The notes below the pieces were generated by a model. It ran no database searches. It had not been told where the DNA came from and saw nothing but the letters and a program-made list of their open reading frames with translations. DNA of 64,000 bases from Octopus sinensis. Taxonomy: Eukaryota. The DNA is taken from NCBI RefSeq assembly GCF_006345805.1, contig NW_021836150.1, forward strand, positions 62,001-126,000. The letters run 5' to 3'. Shown piece after piece: positions 37,602-50,047 of this stretch (positions are counted from its first letter, which is position 1; each line of letters opens with the position of its first letter). The position numbers and the translations under genes were made by a program.

Positions 37602-39605
37602 TTCAAAAATGGTGAATTGCAAAAGTTCAAGAAATCCAAATATATGGAATGAGTCTAGTATAGACAATATCAAATTATAATAACCCTCTGTAGTGACAGA
37701 AATTGTCCCATGACATCGGTTAAGTAATCAGGCAATACATCACTGATAGACCAGTCAAGAATATGGATCACAGGGAAGAAGACTTCAACCAGTTCCTAAA
37801 CCAGTGAATCTATCAAACATGGAGGAATTTTCTGAAATGTTCAATCCACCAACTTGACAAACTACCAAATTTCACTGAATTTAGTGTCACTATTAAAACA
37901 TTGGGAATTTTCCCAACAGACAGTGGATGGAAATTTGAAATCAGGTAATGATGAAGCAAAACACATTAACCATATGCTTGCAAATAATTGTAAAATATAC
38001 CTAAATAATTCAAATATATGGATGACTATACTTAAAATATTTGATATAAAGGGGAGCATAGCAAATGAAAGAAGAACATTGCTATCATAAAACAATCAGA
38101 CATTTTGAAAATTAGAAAATAATCTATCTTCACCATGTCCATTATTGTTTTAACTGTCAATACTTCAGAAGTACAGGAAAAACTACTAATTGATATTGAC
38201 GCTGATGAGTATTACCATACTGATTTCACTTATTTAGGATTTATAGCTTGCAATTTTGAAGTTTTTAGATTTGTGGCTTTTGCATTTGATGTTTTTGAAC
38301 TTCATACATCTGTATCTGTGATTATATGTATTATGTTCTGAATGGACCAAATCCATTATAGTTTTAAATGCATATTAATTTCTAGGAATTAAAATTACAA
38401 ATTTCATACTTTAAAACATTAAATACCTTAATCTACAAGGAAGTCGCATTTGGCTGGAGAATTTTTCACTGTTATCATCAAGATGGGGTTAATTCATATA
38501 ATCTTGGTTTCAACAAATTAAGACCATTTTGAAGTGTAGAGTTCAGCAAAGTGAATCCTTCTTTCTCAGATGGTGTTTAATACTTTAGGAAGCTTGGAAC
38601 AAATCATTGTACAGAAGTTTCTTATTAGATTCTCTAAGAGTTTAGCTCTAATATCAGACATGCTTGCAGGAGCCATTGTTCTACTTCCCAGCCTGGAAGA
38701 TGCCCCGAAGGTTTTAGTCCCTATGTTGATGCTAAAAAAATGGAATTCCTCAGATACAATTTGGAAGGCATGACCACCTCCTGGGCTGAAGCTCAATAAA
38801 ACCAGCTAATTCTCTTGTGTACTCCTTAAATAATATGGTATCTGCAAAGGCAGATATTAAGTTAAGTATCACCAAATCTTGGGCAGTACTTAAAAGTCTC
38901 AACATTATATGGTAATATGGAAGAAATTTAGCCCATGAAATTGGTGATAAGAATTTTATTAAACAAAATTATAGCTAAAAATTAAGTTTTTGTGTAGTTT
39001 CACACATCACCTATATCCTATTAATTTGCGAAGGCACTTTTACACTCTTCTCAGATATCTATATAGTTAGACTATGATGTTATTCTTATTGCTGGTTGGA
39101 ACCACTTCAATGTGCCAAGAAATGACAATTTTGTCAGAACATTCCATTTTTCTTTCCAACAGATACGTGACTTTATTTCTATGTTGAAAGAAAGAAACAA
39201 TTTCTTTCCTTAGTCCTGGTGGATCCATTAACAACATGTAGCTAGCTGTTATTTCATTGTGTGAAAAAGGTGAGGGATAAATTTTATCTTGGAGAGAATG
39301 ACATGTATCTCAAGAAATATTTCCACTTGATCTGGTAACTGTTACCGATAGTAACATGTACAGATAACTCAGATAAATAAGATAAAGTGTCTTGCTCAGA
39401 AATACAGAACACCTATAATCAATTTGATCCTGCTCACTAAGATTAGATAATTTAATGCCTTGTATACTAATATCTTTTTTTTTTTTTTTCTGTATGAGAA
39501 ATTAGTATTTAATTTAGCATGAAATGAGATAACTAATGGAATCCTTGCAAGTACAATGGATTCGAGGAACCATTCTACTGAAGTTAGACTATATTTCACT
39601 ATTTA

Positions 39606-40599
39606 CCCTTTTGATACCAACCCAACCAGCCCAAAAAATATTTTGGCTCAAACAACCAACCCAGCCTAGTGAACCAATTCTTATTTAAATGGGCACAAAT
39701 CTCTTTAGTACATTTGGGAAAACATGTAATTTAACCTTGTAAATAGTTGAGTTATAGTATCTGACATTGTTTGATTTGATATCGAAACTCTGTGAATTTT
39801 AGGAGATATTTTTCCACATTTTTTCTGTGGCAATTGTTTTCAACTTTTAAAATGGATAGGAGTTTCAGGCTATCAAGCAGTGATTCTGAATTTGAGGGCT
39901 TTTCAATGGAAGATATGGAGAAACTGGGCAAAAGTATGAGTGAACTAGAAAAGCACATGGTGTGTGAAAATGAATTGGATATTTCTGTATCCGAAACTGA
40001 AAGTGGCGATAGTGATAGTGAGGAAGATTTTACATCTGAATGGGGTAAGAAGTTAAAACATATTTTTATCAATAATTTTTCTGATGAGACTGGATCTACT
40101 CATAGTCTTTCTCAGGAAGAGAAACCATTAGACTTTTTTCTTATTTTTTACTTGTAAGCTTGTTTGAAGCCATCACTGAGGTAACGAACCATCATGCAGA
40201 ATGTAAACAAATTGGAAAAAAAGTTTTGCAATAGGATTGATTGAGAACCTTTTCTCAAATTGTGTTCCAAAAATCACATTAATATGTTGATTTCGTTACT
40301 GTATTTATTTTGAGATGCTCTGTGTTTCTTTCAATTATTTTGAATATAACAAAGAATTTAGTAAAATAACTTAGTTATCATTAAGCTAGTGTTAGGAACG
40401 TAAATTGTGACTAAGGCTTGGTGGAATATTTTAATTCAAAACTTCTGAAAACAAGACATTTTACCACGGACCCAGAGCCGGTTTTGGCCGGGTTAGTAAC
40501 AAAAGGGTTAATGAAACTGGTCTAAATTCATGATTATTTTAGAATTTAATTGAAACTCATAAGGGGTGTATTTTGGTTAGAAATATAATAATGAAAGGG
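39606..40599 (+). mobile_element. Internally deleted piggyBac element with a transposase N-terminal remnant (39852 to about 40210) and a nested inverted MITE (about 40290-40507)
   Basis: Left end CCCTTTTGATACCAACCC is identical to the MITE at 1787. ORF reads MDRSFRLSSSDSEFEGF...DISVSE...EW...F...G.......KPLDFF then LFEAITEVTNHHA (PGBD-like). Ends AAAGGG-TTAA at 40507-40511 and 40599-40603. Confidence 0.8.
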
Positions 40600-41659
40600 T
40601 TAAGTTGATTGGCCAATAATACCATCATGTTCACAATATGGGATATTTAGTTCCATACAGAAATAATTAATGCATTAAATATAACAGCAAAGATATTGGG
40701 AATTGGTAGTTGAAAAATATAATTCATGGCACTTAAGTCATTGTCACAAATTTATTGTATGTACTATACTATAAATCTAAGGCAAAAACACATTGTCTTC
40801 ATCTATCAAATGGAACTGTAGGGTATTCGAAGTTATATTTGTTTGGTTAATCCCAAATTAATCAGATCTTATTTCAACAAAAATATGCTACAGAGACAAA
40901 AGTAACTGAAAAGCTATGAAAACTAAACAAATTCCTATTTAGAATTTGTCATTCTCCTAAATAACTTCATATTTAACTATCATCTAGATAAAACCAAAAA
41001 TTGTCATATATTTTGTGATGGTCATATGGTGGTAGTTGGGGAATATTCTAATGTATATAAAAAAAAAAAATCATAGATGAAACAGATATTATATGGTATT
41101 AGCACTGATGTTTATAACAGTGATAGAATAGTTGAAACCTAACATTTCATGTCTACAATCCTTACAAAGTTTTAATATAAGGAACCAAAAACTCACTTAA
41201 TAGTCACCAGAATTCAGCTTTTAACATTTAGTGTATTATTCTTTCATTGAAACGACTATGCATCAATCAGATAGTTCAGACCAATAGAAAATAGTTTAAG
41301 AAAACTATCCTAAAAGGTGAAGCAACAAATTTTGCAATGACAATGTGGTTGGTATATAACATTTCACAAAAATCTATCTCTCTAGTTGTCATTTCAAACA
41401 AAGATAAGTAAATACAAATTGCTTTAAAGAACCTACTATGTCAGATATTTTCAGGAAATTTGATATTTATTTTCTGATCTATTCCTTAACAGTTTTATAG
41501 TGCTTCACTGTGAGCAAGATGAAATGATATTATACTAAGGATGCAAAGACTAAACCAACAATGCACCTATTGTTATTTTGACGACTATAAATTCTAAATA
41601 TTTAAGCTAAAAATATAATAAAAAGCAACATATAATAATAACAATAATAATAAAAATGG

Positions 41660-43385
41660 CAAAAGAGAGAAATGAAGAAAATGGATACCAAGACCAGAAA
41701 AATGGTGACGGTACATAGAGCCTTCTATTCCAAGAGTGACACTGATAGGGTGAACTTGTCCAGAAGAAAGGGTGGGAGAGTTTTGATCAGTTGCCAAGAC
41801 TGTATAGAAAAAGAGGAAAACAGCCTATGGTGGTATATAAAAAATGCCATGAAGCCACTGTTGAAACACACAAATAAGGCTGGCATCATAAAAACTGAAA
41901 ATTGGGTAACTAAAGAAAAATTTAAACAAGAAATGAACAAGTAGGCGCAGGAGTGGCTGTGTGGTAAGTAGCTTGCTAACCAACCACATGGTTCTGGGTT
42001 CAGTCCCACTGCGTGGCATCCTGGGCAAGTGTCTTCTGCTATAGCCCCGGGCTGACCAATGCCTTGTGAGTAAATCTGGTAGACGGAAACTGAAAGAAGC
42101 CTGTCGTATATATGTATGCATGTGTATGTGTGTGTGTTTGTGTTTGTCCCTCTAGCATTGCTTGACAACCGATGCTGGTGAGTTTACGTCCCCGTCACTT
42201 AGCAGTTCGGCAAAAGAGACCGATAGAATAAGTACTGGGCTTACAAAGAATAAGTCCCTGGGTCGATTTGCTCGACTAAAGGTGGTGCTCCAGCATGGCC
42301 GCAGTCAAATGACTGAAACAAGTAAAAGAGTAAAGAGTAAATAAAGGAAAAACATGGAAGGAAAGAAAATGTACAGTCAGTTTGCAAGAGATGTGAATGC
42401 CAAGACATACAGAGGATGGTGGCTATGGATGAGGAGGAGTGACCTGAAGATAGAGAAAAAAGCACTTATATGCACAGCTCAGGAACAAGCATTAAGGACC
42501 AATTATATGAAGTGCAGAATAGACAACACTGCCGATAGCGACAAATGCAGAATGTGTGGTGAGAGGGATGAAATCGTATGGCACATTGTTAGCGAATGCC
42601 CGAAATTGGCACAACACGAATACAAAAGACGCCATAACAATGTGGCAAGAATGATCTATTGGGAGCTCTGTGGAAATCACAGCCTACAAAAAGCAAAGCC
42701 GTGGTATGAGAAAACTCCAGAAGGAGTCACCGAAAATGAGAATTGCAAAATCCTGTAGGATGCAATGATCCAGTGTGATCACCTGACCAGACATTGGAAA
42801 CTGGACATTGTTGTGGTGGATAAAAAGAAAAGAACATGTATGATAATTGACATAGCATACCTCAGTGACAACAGGATTAATGTGAAGGAAGAAGAAAAAA
42901 TAAACTATGACGATTTGAAGTGGGAAATACAAAGGTTGTGGTAAATGAAGAGAGTAGACATGATACCAATAGTAATTGGTGCACTTGGAAGTATCAGCAT
43001 TCAACTGCCAACATGGCTGAGAAAGATCAGGGCAAGTGTGAAGGTAGAGCACCTCAAAAATCAGCATTGCTTGGAACTACAAGATTTCTTCACAGGGTTC
43101 TTGAAGCATGACGAGAAAACAAGTGTCACCTTAGTCTACTGACTGTGGACAGCTGATATTTTCCATATACCCAGCAAAATAGGCTGCAAGTTTTCATAAA
43201 ATAATAATGATAAATCATGAACAATATCAGGGTTGGACACTTAAAGAAAATAACACTCCTTGGAACAATTAGAATATCTAGAAGAGTGCTTGACAATTGA
43301 AGGTGGCACCTCGTTCGATCCACGGGTTTTGGACAGCTGGCACTCATATTCCACCACCAGCCACAAATGCTGCGTGACAAGTGAG
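41660..43385 (+). mobile_element. 3' half of an R4/Dong-like non-LTR retrotransposon (zinc knuckle plus restriction-like endonuclease), pseudogenised and interrupted by SINE A
   Basis: LSRRKGGR.L, CRMC-x8-H-x4-C (CRMCGERDEIVWHIVSEC), RRHNNVAR, K.DIVVVDKKKRTCMIIDIA, K.NYDDLKWEI.RLW and IPIVIGALG. Stops at 42756 and 42942. 3' UTR ends at GATAATAAT. Confidence 0.85.
41942..42338 (+). mobile_element. SINE family A nested in the R4-like ORF
   Basis: Full head-to-tail copy; the LINE reading frame continues on both sides. Confidence 0.9.
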
Positions 43386-43394
43386 ATGATAATA

Positions 43395-43820
43395 ATGACT
43401 GTTTCAAATATAGGCACAAAGTCTTAATTTGAGATAAGACCCCCCAGTAGCTGACTGGTATTTTATTTTATCAAACCAAAAGATTGAAAGGCAAAATTGA
43501 CTCCTGTTGGATTTGAATTCAAAGTGAAAAGAGTCAGAACAAATAATACAAGATATTTTGTTCAATACTCAAATAATTCAGCCAATACACTGTAATAACA
43601 GCGACAACAACAACAATAATTATCCTTTTTGCCATAAACACAAGGCCTGAAATGTTGGGGGAGGGGGCTGGTCGATTACACTGACCCCAGTACTCAACTT
43701 GTACTTATTTCATTACCCCAAAAGGATGGAAGGCAAAGCCTGCTGCAGTGGGATTTGAACTCTGAATGTAAACCCAGAATAAATGCATTTAGTCTTGTGC
43801 GCTAACAGCTGCCAGCTTAC
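43395..43820 (-). mobile_element. Two tandem degenerate family C SINEs (about 43395-43580 and 43622-43820)
   Basis: Repeated GAAAGGCAAA...GATTTGAA(T/C)TC core, separated by an (AAC/AAT)n linker. Confidence 0.7.
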
Positions 43821-43864
43821 TAGTAAAGACTGAATACATCCAAAGGTATAAAAAGGCTAGGAAA

Positions 43865-44300
43865 TATGAAGAGGTTGTAAAATCAGAACAACTGAGAAGT
43901 TGTATGAACAATGATGTAACCATCCTTTGTGGTATGCAGATCCACAGTGACAGAGATGAAAGCAAACAAGGCCTGACATCATTATGAATGACCAGAGCAG
44001 GAGGGGTATACTTATCGACACTGCAATACCTCCTGAAACAAAAAAATCATTTCAAGGCAAGTTACAGAGAAGCTGACTAAGTACAAGGATCTGGCAATCC
44101 AAATCAACAGGATGTGGAACTTGATGACTGAAACAATACCAGTGATCATTGGAACACTAAGACCCACGAAGAAAAGAATGGAAAAGTTTACCAACCATAC
44201 TCAGGTCAACATCAATATCAGTACAGTTCAGAAGATTGTACTGCTTGGAACAGCTTACAAACTCAGCGAATGCTATAGAGAAATCAGGTGATACTTGAGG
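43865..44300 (+). mobile_element. Second R4-like restriction-like-endonuclease fragment (divergent family)
   Basis: With frameshifts: PDIIMND..RRGILIDTAIP, EKLTKYKDLAIQINRMW, TIPVIIGTL and VQKIVLLGTA. Confidence 0.75.
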
Positions 44301-44924
44301 CCTATAGTTTAGGCTTGGCCCAACAGGATATAAAACAGAAAGTACAAAAGTAATGACAACAGAATGTTTCTAATTTAGGCATAAGGTTAGCAATTTGGAA
44401 GAGAGTGTGTTAGTTGGTGCCACTGATTCCGATGTGCATTTTCAATTTTGAATTTTTATTTATATTTTGTTTTGTTTTGTTTTGTGTTACACTCTCTTTA
44501 TTGATTTGTATTATATGCCTCTTGTATGAATAAAATACTCTATCGGGTCTAGTCAGAAAACTAGACCAGATAGAGGAATACTGAAGTTATTTCTGAATTT
44601 AGCAAGCAAAATCACTTAAGAATTTGTTGAAATAGTCCAGGTACCAGACACAAAAAAAGCTCCTTCTCTAAAGGAAATGGAAAAATAATCTGGAATCAGA
44701 GATAAACAAAGTATAGGTACTAAAAATAAAACCAACCCTTTAGTAATAGATGCTTTAAGAATGATTAAAATATGTAGGTAAATACACAATCAAAATTGTG
44801 CACAACAAAAGGAAAATAGCAAACACTAGGCACTGAACAGATGTAGATCACTTTCAATAAAACAGCAAAGCTAAAACAAAAATTGCACATACCAAAGGCA
44901 CACAAAGGCTGAACTAAGACTACT

Positions 44925-44975
44925 GAATAATAACATCATTAATAATAATAATAATGATAATAATAATAATAATAT
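44925..44975. repeat. (AAT)n microsatellite
   Basis: Directly visible. Confidence 0.9.
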
Positions 44976-45844
44976 TCAATAATTGTTCTTCCTCTATGAC
45001 AAATTATTTGGTTGGAAAAATATGAGATGTATCAATATGTTCTAATGGGATGTCAAAATTTTACCAAAGTTTTTGACAGAAATGATCTGTAAATAGAGTT
45101 TCAGCTGAACAACTTCATGTAATGCTTTGACAGTAATAAATATTACATCTTAGGCATTTTTCTTTAAATTTATGGCAATTTTTCCCTCTTTTTCTTTGCC
45201 TTCACATGAAATTCCAAATGAAGAGAGAAAATGGAAACAAAAAAACAAAACTGGCTAAAGTTATATCTTCACCAAAATTTATATATTTTGAGATATAAAA
45301 GTTACAAAACAACCCCCCCCCCAAAAAAAAAATGAAAAGGATAGTCAAATAAGTAACCAACAAATAGTCTTGCCTATACTTAGAATTTTTAAGCCATGAT
45401 ATGCTTTTTCTTTGTTTACTAATGTAATATTTAGGAAGAAAGCACCATAAAATTAAATAAATAGGTTAGTATACAACAGAAAAAAAGACAGAAAAATACT
45501 ACCACTTTGACAAATTATGGTTATTTCAATTTATATAAATTTCGTGGAAAATCTTGCCACCAGTTTAAAATAAATTGTTCGTAAATTCGTATTCTCAGTT
45601 CTTTCCACTCATACTTTTTATCTCATTACATCCATTGTTTTATTATTAGTATTATTATTAAGATTTTAGTCAAGGTACTCAAAAAAGATATTGGTGCATT
45701 TCATTGTTTATGCACTTGTATGTGTTTAGACTTGCACGACAGTAGGTAGGTATTTCTAAGAAAACCTCCACCTTGTGCAATAAATTGCAGAGAAAGTGGG
45801 TTATAAAGCCATATTCAGTGAGGTTTTGATCAACTGGAACCAAT

Positions 45845-46330
45845 ATAAGTTTCTTTATTGGCCACACAGGGCTGCACACAGATGGGACAAATTACAAGGT
45901 AGAGCTTTTCTTTTGGGGGATGAAAAAAAAAAAAAAAGTGGCATAGGTTTTCAATCAAAAGGGATCGTAAAAGGGAAAAAAGAAAAAAAAGGAAAAGAAA
46001 CAAAAGAAAGAAAAAAGAAAAAAGAGGAAAAAAGGGGGAGAGGAAAAAAGAAACGATCAATAGGGATCGTGTATCACAGTGTCATGATGTACGGTGTAAA
46101 GGTGGAAGCAGATAAGCCTTTGAAAGTGAAGTGGGCTTGCAGCTCAAGCACCTGGACTGACAATTCTGTGCTTTCCAGCATCATGTGTTAATGAAATGAA
46201 AGTACTGTTAAGATGCTTGGGGGTTGCTTTGGGTCAGCAACTCAGAAGGATAGGAAATTGGACAAATTTATTATGGGTAAGGTGACAAATGTCATCAACC
46301 TGTAAGCTGAGGGAAAACTGTTCTGAGGGG
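45845..46330 (-). mobile_element. Probable LINE 3' UTR and terminus (class unassigned)
   Basis: The minus strand has a long T/C-rich tract (45960-46050) and ends ...GCCCTGTGTGGCCAATAAAGAAACTTAT, similar to the SINE C long tail. Confidence 0.45.
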
Positions 46331-46377
46331 GTTAAGTAGAGGTGTAAAATACTTACATTGCCACTATGATTTATTAC

Positions 46378-46610
46378 CTATTTCTTTATTACCCACAAGG
46401 GGCTAAACACAGAGGGGACAAACAAGGACAGACATAGGTATTAAGTCGATTACATCGACCCCAGTGCGTAACTGGTACTTAATTTATCGACCCTGAAAGG
46501 ATGAAAGGCAAAGTCGACCTCGGCAGAATTTGAACTCACAACGTAACGGCAGACGAAATACCGCTAAGCATTTCGCCCGACATGCCAACGTTTCTGCCAG
46601 CTCGACGCCT
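46378..46610 (-). mobile_element. SINE family C, long-tail form, well preserved
   Basis: Head AAGGCGTCGAGCTGGCAGAAACGTTGGC..., B-box-like GAGTTCAAATTC, and central GAGGTCGACTTTGCCTTTCATCCTTTCAGGGTCGATAAATTAAGTACC. Confidence 0.88.
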
Positions 46611-46990
46611 TATTTGAGATTTATGATTTATTACCACTTGATGCTTAGTTTTTATCTGACAATGTTAAAGCATCTGCTCTTTTGATTTTTGTCAAAGGGA
46701 AATGCCTAACACAGACATTACTTACTGTGGCTAATATACTCATAAACATTTTAACATATACTCAACAAGTAAATAGAAGTGTCAGAGACCCATATGTTCA
46801 TGCTTGTGATCAAATTATGAAAATTTTCCCATACATAGAAATACATATTATAATATAGCAGAATAGCTGAAATGCTACTCATGTACATTATTTGAAAATT
46901 TGGAGCAGAGAAAGACATGACAAAAGCCAAATGAGTGTTATGGGAGGCATTGAATACTTAGAGGAGTATTAATTTTTATTAAAAATAGTA

Positions 46991-47322
46991 TACTCTTTAC
47001 TCTTTTACTTGTTTCAGTCATTTTAACTATGACCATGCTGGAACACTGCCTTTAGTCGAGCAAATCAATCCCAGGACTTATTCTTTGTAAGCCTAGTACT
47101 TATTCTATCAGTCTCTTTTGCCGAACCACTAAGTTACGGGGATGTAAACACACCAAAATCTGTTGTCAAGCGATGTTGGGGGGACAAACACAGACACATA
47201 AATGTATACATATACACATAAATATATATCAACGGGCTTCTTTTAGTTTCTGTCTACCAAATCCACTCGCAGGGCTTTGGTTTGTAAACAAGCTACTTAC
47301 CACACAGCCACTCCTGTGCCTA
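46991..47322 (-). mobile_element. SINE family A with an internal deletion
   Basis: Lacks the segment between CAGGGCTTTGG and the head. Confidence 0.85.
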
Positions 47323-47450
47323 TATCTAACAATATATTTTAAACATTTCAAAAAAAGCAATCTTATTTTTGGGAGACTTAAATACAAATGGGACATTGTG
47401 TTATCAGTGAGACGTGATGAACCAAGGTTAAATATCTTTATCTTCCAGAT

Positions 47451-47652
47451 ATTCTTTTACTTGTTTCAGTCATTTGACTGCGGCCATGCTGGAGCACTGC
47501 CTTTAGTCGAGCAAATTGACCCCAGGACTTATTCTTTGGAAGCCCAGTACTTATTCTATCGGTCTCTTTTGCCAAACCACTAAGTGACAGGGATGTAAAC
47601 ACACCAGCATCGGTTGTCAAGCAATGCTAGGGGGACAAACACAGACACACAA

Positions 47653-47685
<33 letters not shown>

Positions 47686-47845
47686 CGACGGGCTTCTTTT
47701 AGTTTCCGTCTACCAAATCCACTCACAAGGCATTGGTCAGCCCGGGGCTATAGCGGAAGACACTTGCCCAAGATGCCATGCAGTGGGACTGAACCCGGAA
47801 CCATGTGGTTGGTTAGCAAGCTACTTACCACACAACCACTCCTAT
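47451..47845 (-). mobile_element. SINE family A
   Basis: Full-length match to 83-487. Confidence 0.9.
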
Positions 47846-48039
47846 TGCACACATTTCCACAATCACAATTCTTAATGTATCCATTTTCCCATTTTATCCA
47901 GTTCACTATTGAGGAAACAAAAGTACTCTATTTATCCCTTTAGCATTCAGATTACTATATCAAATATAATGCTTATTAATTCACATTGTTTTGAATTAAT
48001 CATGCACTAGCTTGTAGATTCAAGAATTTGATGATGTCT

Positions 48040-48423
48040 TTCACTCTTTTATTTGTTTCAGTCATTTGACTGTGGCCATGCTGGAGCACTGCCTTTAGTT
48101 GAGCAAATCGACCCCAGGACTTATTCTTTGTAAGCCTAGTACTATTGGTCTCTTTAGCTGAACCGCTAAGTGACAGGGACGTAAACACACCACCATCGGT
48201 TGTCAAACAATGTTGGGGGGACAAACACAGACACACACAAACACACACATATATATACATACGACGGGCTTCTTTCAGTTTCCGTCTACCAATCCACTCA
48301 CAGGGCTTTGGTTGGCCCGAGGCTATAGTAGAAGACACTTGCCCAAGATGCCACGCAGTGGGACTGAACCCGGAACCATGTGGTTGGTAAGCAAGCTACT
48401 TACCACTCAGCCACTCCTGCGCA
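48040..48423 (-). mobile_element. SINE family A
   Basis: Full-length match to 83-487. Confidence 0.9.
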
Positions 48424-49193
48424 TGTGATAGCTTAGTTTTAGAATGACATTTTAGATCAGTGTGAGAGGCTCCATCTGTTTATTTAGAATACAGAACAGG
48501 TAGAATATTTGACTGCTTTAAATGCTAAAGTGTTAATGAGGTGTTATGAACACAACAACACTCCCAGTTAAGGAATAAAATTTTAACCACATAACAAAGC
48601 TTCATATTGATTGTTATTTGTTTTTCTGGTACTGTGAAATTTTGACTTTTTTGTCATTTTGTTACTTTGCCCCTACAACCACATCATGTTGAATGAAATA
48701 CATCAATGTTATTCATATGCCAACACACATTCACAGATAGATACAAACCTAGCCAAAATGAGATGCAAACAATATCTGGACCTTTGACCTGTCCATTAAA
48801 ACCACCAAGTATGTGAAGACTACAACTGTAGCAACTCATTCAATCCATACCAGCATGAAAAGTAGACATATCATAATATGTTTATAATCTGCATGTGTAT
48901 GTGTGTGCGTACATATATGTATACAGGTATGAATATGATAGTCTCTCAACCCAGCTAGGTAAACAGTAACAGTATATAAGAACTGACTCAACTTTAATAA
49001 CCTATTTAATTGAAGTTAGGAGGAAAACAAAAATGGGGGTAAACAATGTTGAAGAGACACACAGACAAACATTTCTGAGGAGTCATACATGTCACCACAA
49101 GATTAAAAAAATTTAGCCCAGAACTTCTTTCTGCTTTAAAAATGAATATTTGATACTATCGAAAGAGAGTACATTAATTCAGTCTTGTAAACT

Positions 49194-49768
49194 TAGATGC
49201 AAACAAGTTACTGAGTTGTAAAAGGCGAAATTTTATATATCGTTCTTATTTTGGAATTTTCTGAAAATTTTTGTGAATTTGTGTTCTACACATGGGAATT
49301 CATATGACTATGCAAAAAAAAGAAACATTAAAAAAATTTTGATGAATTTAAAAAAATATTAAGAAAAATGTTTTTTAAAAATCACAGTTTTAAATATCAT
49401 CATTAAACGATGATGATGATGATGATAAGTGAAAATACAGAAAGTCCGAATTTTTTTGACTTAAACCTCAGCAATAGACCATTAAATGTGTTTATGAGGA
49501 GAAAGATATTGAAAAACATCAATGCATCAGTGACAACAAACAAGGATGGTATGAGACGGTCATGAAATGTGCAAAAAATAAGAGCTAAATACCACTCAAA
49601 TAAATTTTTTTTTGCTTTTACTTTGTATGAATTCCCATGTGTAGAAAACAAATTTGCAAAACTTTTCTTAAAATTCCAAAAATTAAAGAAGTAATGAGGG
49701 GTTAATATACCATGCGTAAAGCAGAATTCCACCTTGTAAAATACCTGACTCACTTCTGTGTACATCTA
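49194..49768. mobile_element. Foldback MITE-like element with long imperfect inverted arms
   Basis: Termini TAGATG(C/T)A...TACATCTA. Perfect 21-bp inverted pair at 49284-49304 and 49626-49646, within about 80 bp of arm similarity. Confidence 0.65.
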
Positions 49769-49991
49769 TTGTCAAAAAGGATACACACTTATGGTAATCC
49801 AAATGTACTGACATTAAATAAATCATATATGCATGTACATCAGTCCATTTCGGTAAAAATAATTACTTAACCATGTAGATAGATAAGCAGGCAAAGAACA
49901 ACTTCAAAATTGAACAATACTTTCTTGAGAAGAAAATGTCATATAATGTGCATTTGTGTGTGTGTATAAAAGAATATACAGAAATCCATCC

Positions 49992-50047
<56 letters not shown>

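Noticed and set aside
39792-40157. Domesticated PGBD gene
   Set aside because: The frame stops before the catalytic domain, which is deleted, and TIRs remain. It is a relic.
45796-46191. 131-aa Lys-rich ORF
   Set aside because: It results from an A/G-rich low-complexity tract, the complement of a probable LINE 3' UTR.
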